A DNA stretch of 63,502 bases, counting the filler, from Folioceros fuciformis (lineage: Eukaryota), in NCBI GenBank assembly GCA_049999805.1. It is 11 parts of 11 records of this genome, joined end to end, with 100 filler letters (N's around TTAATTAATTAA, not from the genome) between each part and the next. Parts side by side here need not be neighbours in the genome. Positions count along the whole stretch, not along the records: positions 31,134 to 46,565 come from JBNGIO010000919.1; positions 46,666 to 53,078 come from JBNGIO010000920.1; 9 more parts are not named here. One strand, given 5' to 3'. The notes beneath the pieces are model-generated. The model did not search any database and was not told where the DNA came from. It saw nothing but the letters and a program-made list of their open reading frames with translations. This document shows positions 36,506 to 49,195 of this stretch, piece after piece; position 1 is the stretch's first letter; each line of letters starts with the position of its first letter. The translations under genes and the position numbers were made by a program.

Positions 36506-39500
36506 ATGGAAACCAGTATGTCGACCAGTATGGCAGTAGATGTTGGAGTTTTGGACCCTGAACTCCTCCAGCTTTCGGATCTGTCTTTGCCTCCATCCAA
36601 GCCTGCCCTATGCAAGATGCGCCTGGATGACCTCTTTTCACAGTGGCTCTCTCTGCCGGACACTCAGAAGCTGGTGAGTATGGTTACACATTTCATCCCG
36701 TACATTCATTTAGCTCATTTGCACTGTTCTAGGGTTAGCTCTGCTCGTTGAAGCCCAGCCTAGATATGAGCTTTGAATCCAAATTCCACGGATCATATCA
36801 CGGCAAATATTTGCTGCCCATCTGGACCTGCGGACTTCTTTCTTTCGCAACACCGCTGTCCACGCTCGCTGCCGCCACTCTGTAATTTCCTCAATTCTTA
36901 CGCCTCCCCACTATGAGCTGCTGTTGGTCGAATGCTGCCTGCCTCCAGCTTCTGCTTCATACTCTTAGCTACTTCCACTCTAGGGCGTGTCACAACATCC
37001 GTGTTCCTGCGTCCGGGGCGCTTAGGGTTCCCCTGTTACTCCTTTTGGATGAATCTGAATGTTGTTTGGCACGTATGTTTGACACACAGGTCCTGTCGCT
37101 TCTTGAAGATGCTAAGGCAGGCAGGGCTCTGCCCGTGCCAGGAAGTGCAGGCAATGGATCCGCAAATAACCCTGCAGTCCTCTTGTCCTCCATCTTTTCT
37201 GCCGGGAGTACACCACCATTGTCTCCCCGGAGCACTTCCGGCTCTCAGTCTCCCAAGTCACCCATGAAAAGGCCAGGATCCATCACTTCGGGGTCGCCAT
37301 TGAAGAAAGCTAGCGAACCAGTTCAGGAGATAGTGCCCCAGGTATTCATGGCAGCCAGCCACTACCATGTTCTCTGTTGTCACTGTACTGTCTGAAATCA
37401 CTTGTGTTGCCGTGCCTGCGTTTTAGCTAACAACTGCGTCAAAACCATTTTATCCAGTATGCTTAGGTTGGTAGGCACAAGATCGGTAGAATCGCAAAAA
37501 TGTATCCTCAAAGCAAATCGGTTGATTGTTTTCTCCAGTTCTACTTTCCGAAAGGTACTCCAGCATCTAGAGAGATCACTGATCAATGCATGGTCAGAAT
37601 CAATCAAATATTTGCGAGCTACCCTGATGGCATACCAGTGTCAGGTATTTCTGTGTTAGTGGTGGCAAGGGATACTTTTGTTTGGACCCAGGCTGATGTG
37701 TAGATCGCACGATTCTTAGCACCTCTAGCATCCTCACTACTTGAAATGCAGGCTTTGCAACTCTTACTCGTGAGATCTGCAAACTCCCATCTTTCTTCTT
37801 CAGCTGTCTTTTCAGGAAGATTGATGTAAATAACACTGGCCTTGTCAAGAAGTGAGTCATTCCAACCTCTTCCCCTCCGTTGACTTGTCTGTCGCAATCA
37901 ATGTCACTCAGAAGGCTTTCTCGTCTGTCAAAACCAATTTCTTAAAGTTAGCTACTGGCCACCTAAGGGGCAGCTTATGGGTGTTTGCTGTAGGGAGAAG
38001 TTCATTGAGTATCTTCTGGAGCAAAACATGTTGACGGTAGATGCCCCCACAAGGGTCTTCAACGTATTACGGCAGCGGGAAAAAAAATTTCTGACGCAGG
38101 TATGTCTTTCTGCATTGACATGTGTAGGAGGGCAATCAGCTGACCAAGGTCTTAACGAGGAGCTTGGTTGCGATTCACAGGATGATTTCAAGCCAATCTT
38201 GAGAGAACTACTGGCCACTCATCGTGGTTTGGAGTTTCTACATGATACCCCTGAATTTCAAGAGAGATATGGTAATCGGCCAGAGACGTGTTTGATTCTG
38301 TCTTTTCTCCAAATATTGTTTGTCTACACGTCTGGACACGGGGGGTTTCCATGTCTGTTGTGAGTAATTGTCAAGCTAAGTTAGCTGGTGTGCTTGTTTC
38401 TGGCGTTGATAAAAGGGGCTGCTATCAGCTATTACTCCCAATCTTGGGAACGGATATTATTCGTAGTATGCATTCAAGTGGCTGATATTTATTTGTTCTT
38501 GTTGAATAGCGGAGACTGTAATTTACAGGATCTTTTATCATGTAAATAGATCAGGGAATGGGCATCTTCTACTCAGAGAATTGAAGAGGAGCAATCTAAT
38601 TGCCGCACTGCAGCAAGTTGATGAACAGGAGGACATAAACAAAGTTCTGAGGTGAGGGAATTCACGCCCAGATTTTTCAAGACAGGTGATGTGCGTGTTT
38701 GTCTATTCTGAAATTCCGTTGTTCTAATATGTGCATGGGTGTCGCGTTGCAGATATTTCTCATATGAGCATTTTTATGTAATATATTGTAAATTCTGGGA
38801 GTTAGATTCCGATCATGACTTTTTAATAGACAGAGAAGATCTCCTGCGATATGGGAATCATGCCCTCACTTACCGAATTGTTGAGAGGATATTCTCACAG
38901 GTACATTATTGATCTGCTCTCAGTTGTTGCTTGAAGTTTGCGTGATGTGTTAAATGTTCTCGCTAGGACCATCAGTAATGCTTGGTTTGTGTCTCCAGAT
39001 ACCTAGAAAGTTCAGCAGCAAGGTGGAGGATAAAATGGGCTACGAGGACTTTGTTTGGTTTATCCTGTCCGAGGAAGACAAGTCATCTGAACCTAGTGTG
39101 GAATATTGGTAAAGTGTGCTCACGCTTTGCCTTCCAGATAGGCTGTCTGAATGGAACAGTCGTTCTGTTGGCTGGCATCTTACTGTATCGACTGCCTGCT
39201 TCTTCTAGCTATCATGTTTTGTTGAGTATTGTTGTTGTCCTTGCAGGTTCAAGTGTATTGACCTGGACTGTGATGGGATCGTAACACCGAATGAAATGCA
39301 ATACTTCTATGAGGAACAGCTACATCGAATGGAGTGTATGGCACAGGAGCCTGTTCTGTTTGAGGATATTGTATGTCAGATGACGGACATGATTGGACCT
39401 GAGGTATTGGGTGACCGCTGTCTCATTTCTCAACTTTTGCAGCGTGTTGTTGTGGTGGTCCCGAGTTGAGCTCTGATTGTCCTTCCGTACAGAAGGAAGG

Positions 39501-39846
39501 ATTTCTGACCTTGCGCGACCTTAAACGATGCAAGCTATCTGGCAATTTTTTTAACATTCTTTTCAACCTGAACAAGTTTGTGGCCTTCGAGACACGGGAT
39601 CCTTTTCTCATTCGACAGGTTGGACGGTGTGAAGCCGGGCCTTTTTGTTGGAAGCCATGATGTGAAGCTTTTTCTGTTTTTCATTTCTTCTGTTGGGGTC
39701 TGTAGGAACGAGAAGATCCGTCTTTGACAGAGTGGGACCGATTTGCTCATCAAGAGTATATAAGGTTGTCCATGGAGGAAGATGGGGAAGATGCGTCCAA
39801 TGGCAGTGCAGAAGTGTGGGATGAGTCCTTGGAGGTGTCGTTTTGA
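36506..39846 (+). CDS. Protein phosphatase 2A regulatory subunit B'' (EF-hand), ~13 exons
   Basis: Motifs [129 protein letters not shown] and WDESLEVSF*. Confidence 0.95.
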
Positions 39847-40490
39847 TGAGTTGGGAATGCCCCACAATTGTCTTCTAGGAACGGACTACGGGGCTCTCTC
39901 TGATGTCAACATGGTCTTCATCGGCTCTCTTTCGTCAACCCGAGTAGAGGTGTCACTGTGTCGGCCGTGGTTGTCAAGATCTGATGAAAACTGATGGCAA
40001 GTGATGGGGAATTAAAAACCCGCAACCTGTTCCATGGGAATGTTCTTCCAGGATCTGAAGCTTGCAAGCTCCAGTTTGTTCCTCGACTTCTGTGAAAAGG
40101 GCTGGGTGGGTCGCTTGTATCATGTCGCAGAGGACCGTATCATGTCAAAACCTCTGCGTGTATGCAATCATTCTTTCATCTCCTGACATTCATTAATATG
40201 ACATCAGTGCTCGTAATTTTCTAGCACTGTGCTACATTGGCAGATCGGTTCCTTCTTAGATGGAGGAATCGAAATTTTACTCCGGTGTGCGGATCACTCC
40301 TACGTGAACAAGATTTCGTTGGGGGACCGACTGGAAAATTAGACTAGCTTTAAACTGGAGCTCCAGTTTCATTTGATTGGCAAATCGGCGCACAGATTTG
40401 GACGGTGAAATTTGTCGCCCTCTTGGGAGAAAAACTTAGGTAGGTGAACTGTTTGTACTCTGGGAAGGAAAAGAAATGAAATTGGAGTAG

Positions 40491-41835
40491 TCAAAGCACT
40501 TTGACAGGCTCATGCTGAGACTGTGCTTGAGATTCTTCCTTATCGTAGCCTACTGACTGACTGTGCATCACAGATCGTGCAGCTTCCATAGCCACTTGGC
40601 CGATGACATAATGACGTCGGCACACAGGCATATAGATCTCTGCTCCTCCTATAACGACCCTTTGTGTCCCATCAACCTTTCTGAAAGAAAAGGAAGCAGG
40701 TTGCCCGCACAGCTCGCAACGAGCAGCCAGCTTGGTGACAGTGTCCGCTAGTGTGATCAAATTCAACACCTTACCAAATGGTTGCCTGCAGCACACCACA
40801 GATGCATCAATCCCTCCCAATAGCATTCTCGCATCAATCCTACAAGCGCAAGATTGCCCCAAACTGATACCTTTGAAAATCCCCATCCAGGCCCGCCACA
40901 ACAACTGTCTTCCCGGCATCAGCCGCAGCCTGACAGAAGGGGAGAAGGTCGGGGAAAAATTGAGCCTCATCGATTCCGATCACTTCCAGCTGCACCGAGA
41001 GCCTTAAGGATGAGCATACGGGCAGGGCAGATTGGTACAGCACAATGAAGGTGCAAATCGGTCTTGGACTGACCTTGCTGTACTGCTCCTCCCCCAGACG
41101 CAGCTTTAAGGTTTCCAAATCAGGCACAGCATAGCACGGTAATTGCGCGCCATCGTGCGAAACAACTGCAGACACAGCATAGCGTGCATCCTTGTCGGAT
41201 TTTGCCAGAGCTACAGACCTGCACATTCCGATCGACAGCTTATCAATAGATGCGCTCCCCGTGCTAACGTGCGGAGGGAAGAAGCAGACTTGCCTGCCGG
41301 CGTCAATTTCCTTCTGCATTCTGCTCAGAAGTGCAGTGGTTTTGCCAGCAAACATTGGCCCCAGAATGATATGGATTGCTCCACGAGGCCCGGCATCACT
41401 GTCTTGGCCATCCGGCAATACTACCTCCCTCACAAAAGCCGAGGCCCCGTTCTCCACATCGCGTCCAGATTCGTCCGATGCGCCACCTCCTCCCATAACA
41501 GACCTCACTCGTCCGTGCCGGATGGCTCGTGAAGCTCCTTTCCAAGACCCGCACTTGGCCAGATCACGAGATCTCCTACAGCTGGCAACAGAGCTGGAGG
41601 AAGCTGCAGCTGCTGAGCCCAACAGCCGTGTTGGCTCTATCAAGCAGTCTTCCAAGCGGTGGTTTCTCCAGGAAGAGCAACAGGACTGCACCACCCGCTT
41701 AGCAGAAAGCTTGGTCTGACACGACAGCATCTCCCACAACGTACCCACACCCGCACCCGCACTCGCAGCAAGAAGTGGCCCAGCCCCCAACACTTCCGAC
41801 GCACGTGACGGAAAGCCAGGTTTCACCACCACCAT
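40491..41835 (-). CDS. TK1: Thymidine kinase (TK1 family) with long N-terminal extension (probable organellar targeting), 4 exons
   Basis: P-loop GPMFAGKTT, KSDKDARY, Walker B VIGIDEAQFF, AGLDGDFQRQPFG, zinc motifs CELC and YMPVCRRHY. Introns 41293-41219 (GC-AG), 41073-40990 and 40870-40786. Confidence 0.95.
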
Positions 41836-43129
41836 GGCTCGCTTGTCAATTCCCTGTAGGAGGGCGGCCCTGCCGCTCCGTCAGCATGGTGCCCGGCAAC
41901 TTTGCCGCTGACAGCCCATCAAATGAATTTCCAGCCATCTTGTGCCAACCCACTGTACGCAGATCCGTCTACGGTGATCTCTTGGCGCCAAGGTTCAAAC
42001 ACAAACGGCTCATCATCCAGATCAAACCTCAGAAGCGCCCTAAAGCGGGAATCGGATGCCTATGAACCACGGTGTGCAAACCGTACGAACGTACCTAGAG
42101 GTCCTGATACGTAGCTCCAATTCAATCGGGCTCAATGCTGTGTGCCGAGCCTCGAGTTGTGGACTGCCCGCACCTTCTCTTCACCTCCCCAGGCTCCCCT
42201 GCCTACAATGTTATTGTGGGACACACATGATGCATGGTCATTATCCTGTGTTGACATAATGGCCAGGACTGATCAGTCGATTCCATGTGGAAACTTATGA
42301 GACGCACTTAGAAGGTGCTGTTACCACTCCGTATCCAGCACACCCGCAGCGTGCGTACATAAGCTACGCGTGTATCGTTGAGCTGGGCTAGGGCGTTATT
42401 AGGTGCGAATTCTCATTTTCACAAGCATACAGGCGCTTCCAGATTTTCGTCCTGAAGGGCATGACCAATTTCCGGTGTAGATTCTACTGAGTAACAGGTG
42501 CAGCTTTTATGGACGAGGGTGTGGGGCTGGTGACGGGTGACCAAGGAGCGGGGATGGGTTCAAACTTCAGGTTCACTCACTTTGGAACGGGCTACAGGTT
42601 GTCAGGTGACGTGGTCAGAGAGCTACTGTAGCCTGGAAAGGTGGTACCGGAGACTGAGCCGACGGGGAGACTGTGAGCAGACGCGGAGATGATGGATGGG
42701 TGGAATGTTAATGGCTGGGGAGTGCCCAGGGGCCAGGAAAGCCTCCTTGTACTTACCCTGTCTGTGGCATGATGCCTCAAGTAGACAACCGCAACTACCC
42801 GGCTGGACGCAATTGATTATCTTGCTGGATCCTTGATGGAAGCAACAAGATGCTGTATATCGATGGCCAGTGAAAGCGAAGAACTATTTCCAGTCGTGCG
42901 AGTCGGTCAAATTTTCTCCCGCACACCCGCTTCCATTCCACAAATCTTCGTCCGATTCCGAAGGACCCTATAACTCGAGCACACTTCCACACACTGCAAT
43001 GCACCTATAATACATTCTGCATTACCTACCTGCAACACCGGCGTATACTCTGTGATCCTCCACGACGTTATGAACTTCACAACTGACAACGGGGAAACAT
43101 CTCATCGGCCCGCACGCTGCCATTCCAAC

Positions 43130-44896
43130 CTACTGAACACGCCACTCTAGCCACTCCCCAGCACACATTGGTACAACCGTGCCAGAGCCAAACTTATACT
43201 CTTTCGGTACTCGGAAACTCTCTCGCGACAATGTTACACAGCCTACATTCCGTGGAAGGCCATAAAAATCAGGGCCATTGAAGCTGGCAAAAGCTTGCAA
43301 CTTGTCCAGAGCGCCAGCCTGCAAATACCAGAAGATCATCCTGGATGCATTTTGTCACTAAAGCGTGCACGTAGCAATAGCATCGCTGTGTAAATAGGCA
43401 CAAGAATGGTACGTACCTGCTCAAAAGCACGTGCATACAACGACATGGCAACAGGTGCACTATAGATGCCGGCACATCCACAACAAGACTCCTTCGAGTG
43501 CCTTTCATGAGGAGCACTATCAGTGCCTAGGAAGTACCTTGGGCTTCCAGACGAAACAGCTTTCATCAACGCTTGTCCTACAAGACTGAATTCTGTTACA
43601 TTAGGTTGTAAACAGCAAGGAGAACAATTCACAATCGGTATAGACGTGTACTGTGGGTTTCTCGCTTCAGCACTGGCAGGCAATAGTTGTGTGGCTGGAG
43701 TCCACCCTGAAATATGGCATTCCTGTTCAGCAGTAGATGTTGAGGTGTAATCGTGGCGGCAATGAGCCCTGAATTGGAACACATCATCCGGGGGCAACCT
43801 CTTAGAAGTTGTCCGCTGGTTTTCAGCACAGCATCGCGAGGGACGACACATGTTATGACTTCCGGATTGAACATCAGTACAAACCGTTTGGTCGTGATTC
43901 AATAAATTCCACCGCATCCTTGGTCGTAATGTGCTCCATAACGACCTTAAGTCGTGGCAGCCTGTGAACAAGGGGTGACAATATCCTTTCGATGAAAATT
44001 CGTTCTCGGTCAAAAATGTCGACGTCTTGATCAGCAACTTCCCCGTGCACCTGATATCGAACCATCATCAGCTTTCAGGACCATCCCAGCATGCAAGAAA
44101 ATTGTGAAGATTTCAGGAAATGCATACCAGGAGAGGAAATCCTTGTTCTTCCATTTCCTCCAGCACAGGAACACAATTCGCAAACAGGTCAGTTACACCT
44201 GCTTGGGAATTAGTGGTGGCCCCAGCTGGATACAGCTTCGCCGCAAATACCACCCCACTCTCCTCTACTCAGACAAAGAACTGCACAAGAATTAGTTAAC
44301 CTGCGTAGAGTCAGCTACGGAAGAAAGCAACCCGTCCTTAAAATGTGAGCAATATTCGTAGCAAAAACAAACGAAACCGAGCAGAGCAGAGAATCGTCAC
44401 TAACTTGCGAGTTTTATCTCCTCTCGTGTCGTGTTGTCCGTTAGATACAAAGTCATCAAAGGCTCGAAACCACAATCAGGTGTCAGGACCGCTAGAATGC
44501 GCTCCCTGTAGGCCATGGCAGCAGCTACTGTAGTCACAGGCGGTTTCAAATTCGGCATGATGATGGCCCGTTTGAAGACGCTAGCACTGCGCAGAAGAGC
44601 GTTGTCACGTGGGAACCGAATCCTCTCCTTCCACATAGCGCAGGTTAAAAGTGTTCGCAACACACAGACCTGTGGGGTGCAACCGAAGCCAGGGAATCTC
44701 CATCGCGGAGATGCAGATGCCAGTCATCGGGCTGAGCTATAACAATCCTTTGAGCCTCTCTTTGACCCTTTCGGTCAGCCATGGCCTGATCTGCACCGCC
44801 TTGCAGGACCGACGAAGCCTGCAGTATGGATGATTTCCTGGTCGGGAGACGACCCACATCGCAGGAAACGCACAGCTGCACAGCCCACGCTGCCAT
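43130..44896 (-). CDS. PYR4: Dihydroorotase (pyrC type II), 7 exons, with N-terminal presequence
   Basis: Motifs [77 protein letters not shown] and [13 protein letters not shown]. Confidence 0.96.
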
Positions 44897-46311
44897 TTCA
44901 CAGACCACAGGGAACACGTTAACCCTATACAAGAGCCGCTATTGCGACCTAGCGATAAGTTCATTGACGACATTCCTGTTAAATTGATTTGGCCAGTTAG
45001 CTACGGAATACCGAGCTCCTCACCTGAGAGATCGTCTGTCTTCATTTTACGGTATATTATCTTGAATATGTTTCAACATCTTTTCATTACTAATATATTG
45101 TATTATTATTATTATTATTTTAAAAAATTATATTAAATCTTTTTGGTATTATTTTATTATACATATTACAAATAGAATACCGCTCTCATCACCGCTATGC
45201 TGTGACAATGTTATGTAATCATAAGGAGGTTTCTCTATTGCATAATTGATTGGATTTGTGTACAATCTTTTATGTCGTTAACTCCACTATGGAGAAAGTT
45301 TTCATGTAACACAAATTTTTGTTCCGCTGCGGATTTAAGGTTAGGTGTAAATTATCATTGGTCATTGGTGGCTAGTAATTAAGTACACCTCTTCTACAAA
45401 GGCTTGCAACCTTATGACCTTACTACTATGCGCGTTGTGCCTATATGTTGTCTTAACTAGGCTTAGCCAACATTATGTGTGTCTTCTTTTGGAATATTGT
45501 CTATGTCAAAAGAATCTTAAGAGAAACTTGAGGCTAATACACATTGCATGCTAGCTCCAACATCTATGATGAAATTTCTTGTATCATATAATATTGTTGG
45601 CGCTCATGTTAATCGCGCATATTATGGAATACCATATGAACGTGCGGTCTTTCTTTTCTTTTCTCAACTGTATGTTTTATACCAATATTTTAGGGTTCCA
45701 CCGTCACATTACGAGTTGTCATACGGTGTAGACTTTGTTTTTCTTTTGCCAGTACCATTTCAATGGACTCACCAAGAACAATGACGAATCTTCTCTTGTC
45801 AATAACTTTGTTTCTTCTCGGTTCATTACCTACCATGACTCATATAGTGGGAGAACAATGCTCCCAAGCATGTTCTTGCTTGCGATAGCTAGCCCTGTGC
45901 ACACACAGAGGCACTTACCTACAACCACCATGCTCATCGAACTCCAAACGTACACTGCAGTGAATGATGTAGGTGTACAATCTGGCCCTATCTCCAAATG
46001 TTATAGGTGTACAATGTGGTCCTATCTCTAAATATCAAGGTACGGACGGTGTCCTTGAAGTTGTCTTGAAATGTGTACACTCCCCATGTCTATAAGTTGA
46101 GGGATTACAAACTCAAACCTCACAACAACGAGAAATGTGTACACTCCCCATAGCAACCTAGCATCGCCAACATGTAAGGACTTGGAAAATAAGTGCTGCT
46201 CCTACTATGGCCGTGTTATGCGAGCTACTTGCTTGCCAAGGGGAGTTTATGATTTTGTTTGTACACTATTGTTGGGTCATGGTGCCCCTCAAAGGCTTGG
46301 CATAAAAGCTG

Positions 46312-46548
46312 TATGCTTCTATTGGAATAATGACTGTATGATTCCATTGGAATAAGGATTACATACACATATGCTTCCATTGGAATAAAGACTACATACA
46401 TGTATTCTTCCATTAGAATAAAGACTACATGTATGTATGCCTCCATTGGAATAAAGACTATATGCTTCCTATAGAGTAGGAAGAATGTCAACTACAAAGA
46501 CTACATATATGTATTCTTCCATAGGAATAAAGACTATATGCTTCCATT
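46312..46548. repeat. 33-bp tandem minisatellite (TATGCTTCCATTGGAATAAAGACTACATACATG-like) x~6
   Basis: The periodicity also appears as 11-aa repeats in shadow ORF 46225-46491. Confidence 0.85.
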
Positions 46549-47605
46549 CCCCTACTATATAGCTCNNNNNNNNNNNNNNNNNNNNNNNNNNNNNNNNNNN
46601 NNNNNNNNNTTAATTAATTAANNNNNNNNNNNNNNNNNNNNNNNNNNNNNNNNNNNNNNNNNNNNGAAGGGGAAGGAGAAGCGGGAAAACGTACACAAAT
46701 ATCTGGTGGTGGGGCGGGCGGAGCAGGCACGTGTCAGTGGGCACAGCCAGTGGTGAGGCTGCCATGTTGGGCGGGCAAGCATCGGCTTCGTGGTGGTCCG
46801 CGAGAGGCTGGAGCCGGGAGGTAAGACAGCGGAGGTTGATGTCCACCCAATCCGACGGTTTGCGTAGGGCGTTGAGGCTGTCCTTTTGTTGTCTTCCACA
46901 AGAGACCGCCAATCTCCAGACTCCGACTCCGGCTCCCAAGCCCTCCAACCGCGGGAAGCTACAAAATTCCACGCTCAGTGGAATGATTCTCTGCAGCTAG
47001 ATGTTTCCGCTTCGGACAAGTCATCCTGGCGTGCTGTGATTCGCTGTCCCCCCCTTCTCCGGACTTCCTGTAGGGACCGGGCCTAGCGCAGCCCCTCCGG
47101 TAGGGGCTTGCTCTCACGGTGCACGCCCCAAGTCAAGGGCGGTGCCTCCACGTCCCGTTCAAATGGGTCGCACGCCAGCTTTAGACCATCGATGCACTGC
47201 ACCTCTGTAGCTAGCACATCCAGGCTTGGCAACAGCCAGTGATTCGGTGACTGGCTGGGAAGGAACACGGTCAAGATTTTTTGTTTCCTTCCTGTGTCAA
47301 TGCGCTAATACGATTAGTATGAACGTGTTTCACATCAATCCTGTTGTGGAATGAAATGACAAGACAAGTTGCCCACTTGGCCCCTCCGTCCGCCCGATGT
47401 ACACGATTCGAGGATAGTGTGTACTGTGCATAGCTATCCCGCTTTCTTCCTCTCAGAGAGAATTGGCCAGGAGAAAAGGGATAAGCCAGTATGTGGCCTG
47501 GCCTTTGGAGTGTTGTAGACGATGGAAGCTTTTGGAGCGAGTACACAAAGGTGGCCAATGCCGCTCGAGGGAGAGGGAGGGGATAAGCGATGACCGTTAT
47601 GATTT

Positions 47606-47680
47606 GGGACAGGGCCAAGGGCAGGGCCAGGGCCAAGGCCGGGGCCAGGGCCAGGCCCAGGGCCAAGGCCTTGGCCACGG
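47606..47680. repeat. GC-rich hexamer microsatellite (GGCCAG/GGCCAA)n
   Basis: Directly visible; it produces the GQGQ, ALAL and PWPW shadow peptides. Confidence 0.85.
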
Positions 47681-48914
47681 CCTTCCCCTGGCCCACCGAG
47701 AAAGCGAGAAGGAAAGAAATTTGGGTGGAGCTGAGCGCGAGCGCGAGCGCGGTGTGAACGGGCCCACCCGGGTAGTGCGCGGTGCGAGGGCGACTGCCGA
47801 CGGGTCGAGAGCTGCTCTTGGTGACCATGCTTCCCTTCCCTTGGCTTCTCTTTTCTTCTGAACTCTTCCCTTCCCTTGGGCGTGGCGCGAGCTTACACGT
47901 TCCCTTCTCAGGATTACTATCCGTGTGCCTATGGATGTATTGGCTGGGCCGGTAATTGCATCGTCGACTGGACAGGGAGCGGGGAGCGGACGTGCCGTAG
48001 CGGCTCCTATGTATGGGCTTGTACAGTGTGCTGTATATATTACAGAGACGTATGTGCACATACGTGACACTTTGCCAAGGCCGTTATGGTAGGCATATGC
48101 AGGCAGGGAGGGGAGGGGCCCAAATGGAGCACATGTGATGGCCAGATGATTAGAGCCAGGTATCTTGCAGATTGTTTGTCGTACTCCGGGGGAGGCCTGG
48201 CCCAACGAGGATTGTGAAGCCTGGAAGAAGGGCGAAGGCAAACTCGGGGCCGGGCAGGGCAGGCCAGGCCAGGGCAGGCCACGGCGCAGCACCTCTGGAG
48301 CCACGGCTGCGGGGCCCGCCACACAGATGCCGTCGGGTGATTACAAGGCTAACCTCCGCGCTGCCAGTTATGGCATTGGCGACCTCTGACAAGCACGAGC
48401 GGGAGCCAAGGGTCCCGACCGGCAGGCGGTTAAAGGGCACGGGACGGGACGGGACTGGGAGCCAAGCAGGGCACTCGCTCTGCTCAGCTCTGCTCTGCGC
48501 TCGGGCTGCTTCGCTTCACGCTAAAAGTGAGAAAGGCAGGACAAGCCACAGGCAAAGCAAGGGCAACGCAAGGCGAGCCCAAGGGTCAGCCAGCCAACAG
48601 CCACACACACCAACGGGGGCCGTCAGAAACGAAAAGAAAAGCGGCAACGGGCGGAGCGCCAGCGGAGTGGAGGAACAAGACCGAAGGCGCTCGCCAACCT
48701 GCGTTGCCATTTTGGACGGTGGAGCCAAACCGGGGCCAAGGCTGGGCAGCTGCTGCCATTGCGCGCCTGGGAAACCACGCTTGCCGCAAAGCTTAAGGCA
48801 GAGAGAGGAATTGAAATCCGGAAGCCGGAAAGGGAAGCGTCGACAGCATGTGGTAGAGTGCGGGAGGAGACAGAGGGAGCCGACACCCGGCTCACGCAAC
48901 GGCCTGTGAGACTC

Positions 48915-49195
48915 GGAGGAGAGGAAAGGAAAGGAACGGAAAGGAAAGGCAAGGAGAGGAAAGGAGAAGAGAGGAGGCTTAAGGAAAGGAGGCCGGAGAA
49001 TAAGGAATCCCCGCTTGATTCCGCTTCCGCACCGTATGGTTGCGTTCGAGGTGTGGATCGGGAACCTGAGCTTCGTTTCTTGGAACCGGGGGCAGAGCCG
49101 GGGAGAGGAGAGGAGGGCAGGGCAGGGCAGGGCAGGAGAGGGGAGGGAAGGGAAGCGAAGGGAGGGGGAAGGGAAGGACGGGCAGTCAAGGGAGA
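48915..49195. repeat. Purine-rich GA/GGAAA/GGGCA low-complexity tracts upstream of SPS
   Basis: Runs of GGAAA, GGAGA, GGGCA and GGGAA. Confidence 0.75.

Noticed and set aside
34921..36561. PAPAP-repeat ORF and 100-160-aa ORFs upstream of PP2A B''
   Set aside because: GC-rich low-complexity promoter/leader sequence with overlapping ORFs on both strands and no domain signal.
39826..39846. PP2A B'' ends LEVSF instead of the usual LEAPF (two C-to-T differences), suggesting U-to-C editing
   Set aside because: This is a nuclear gene, such editing is organellar, and both changes are explained by ordinary C-to-T transitions.
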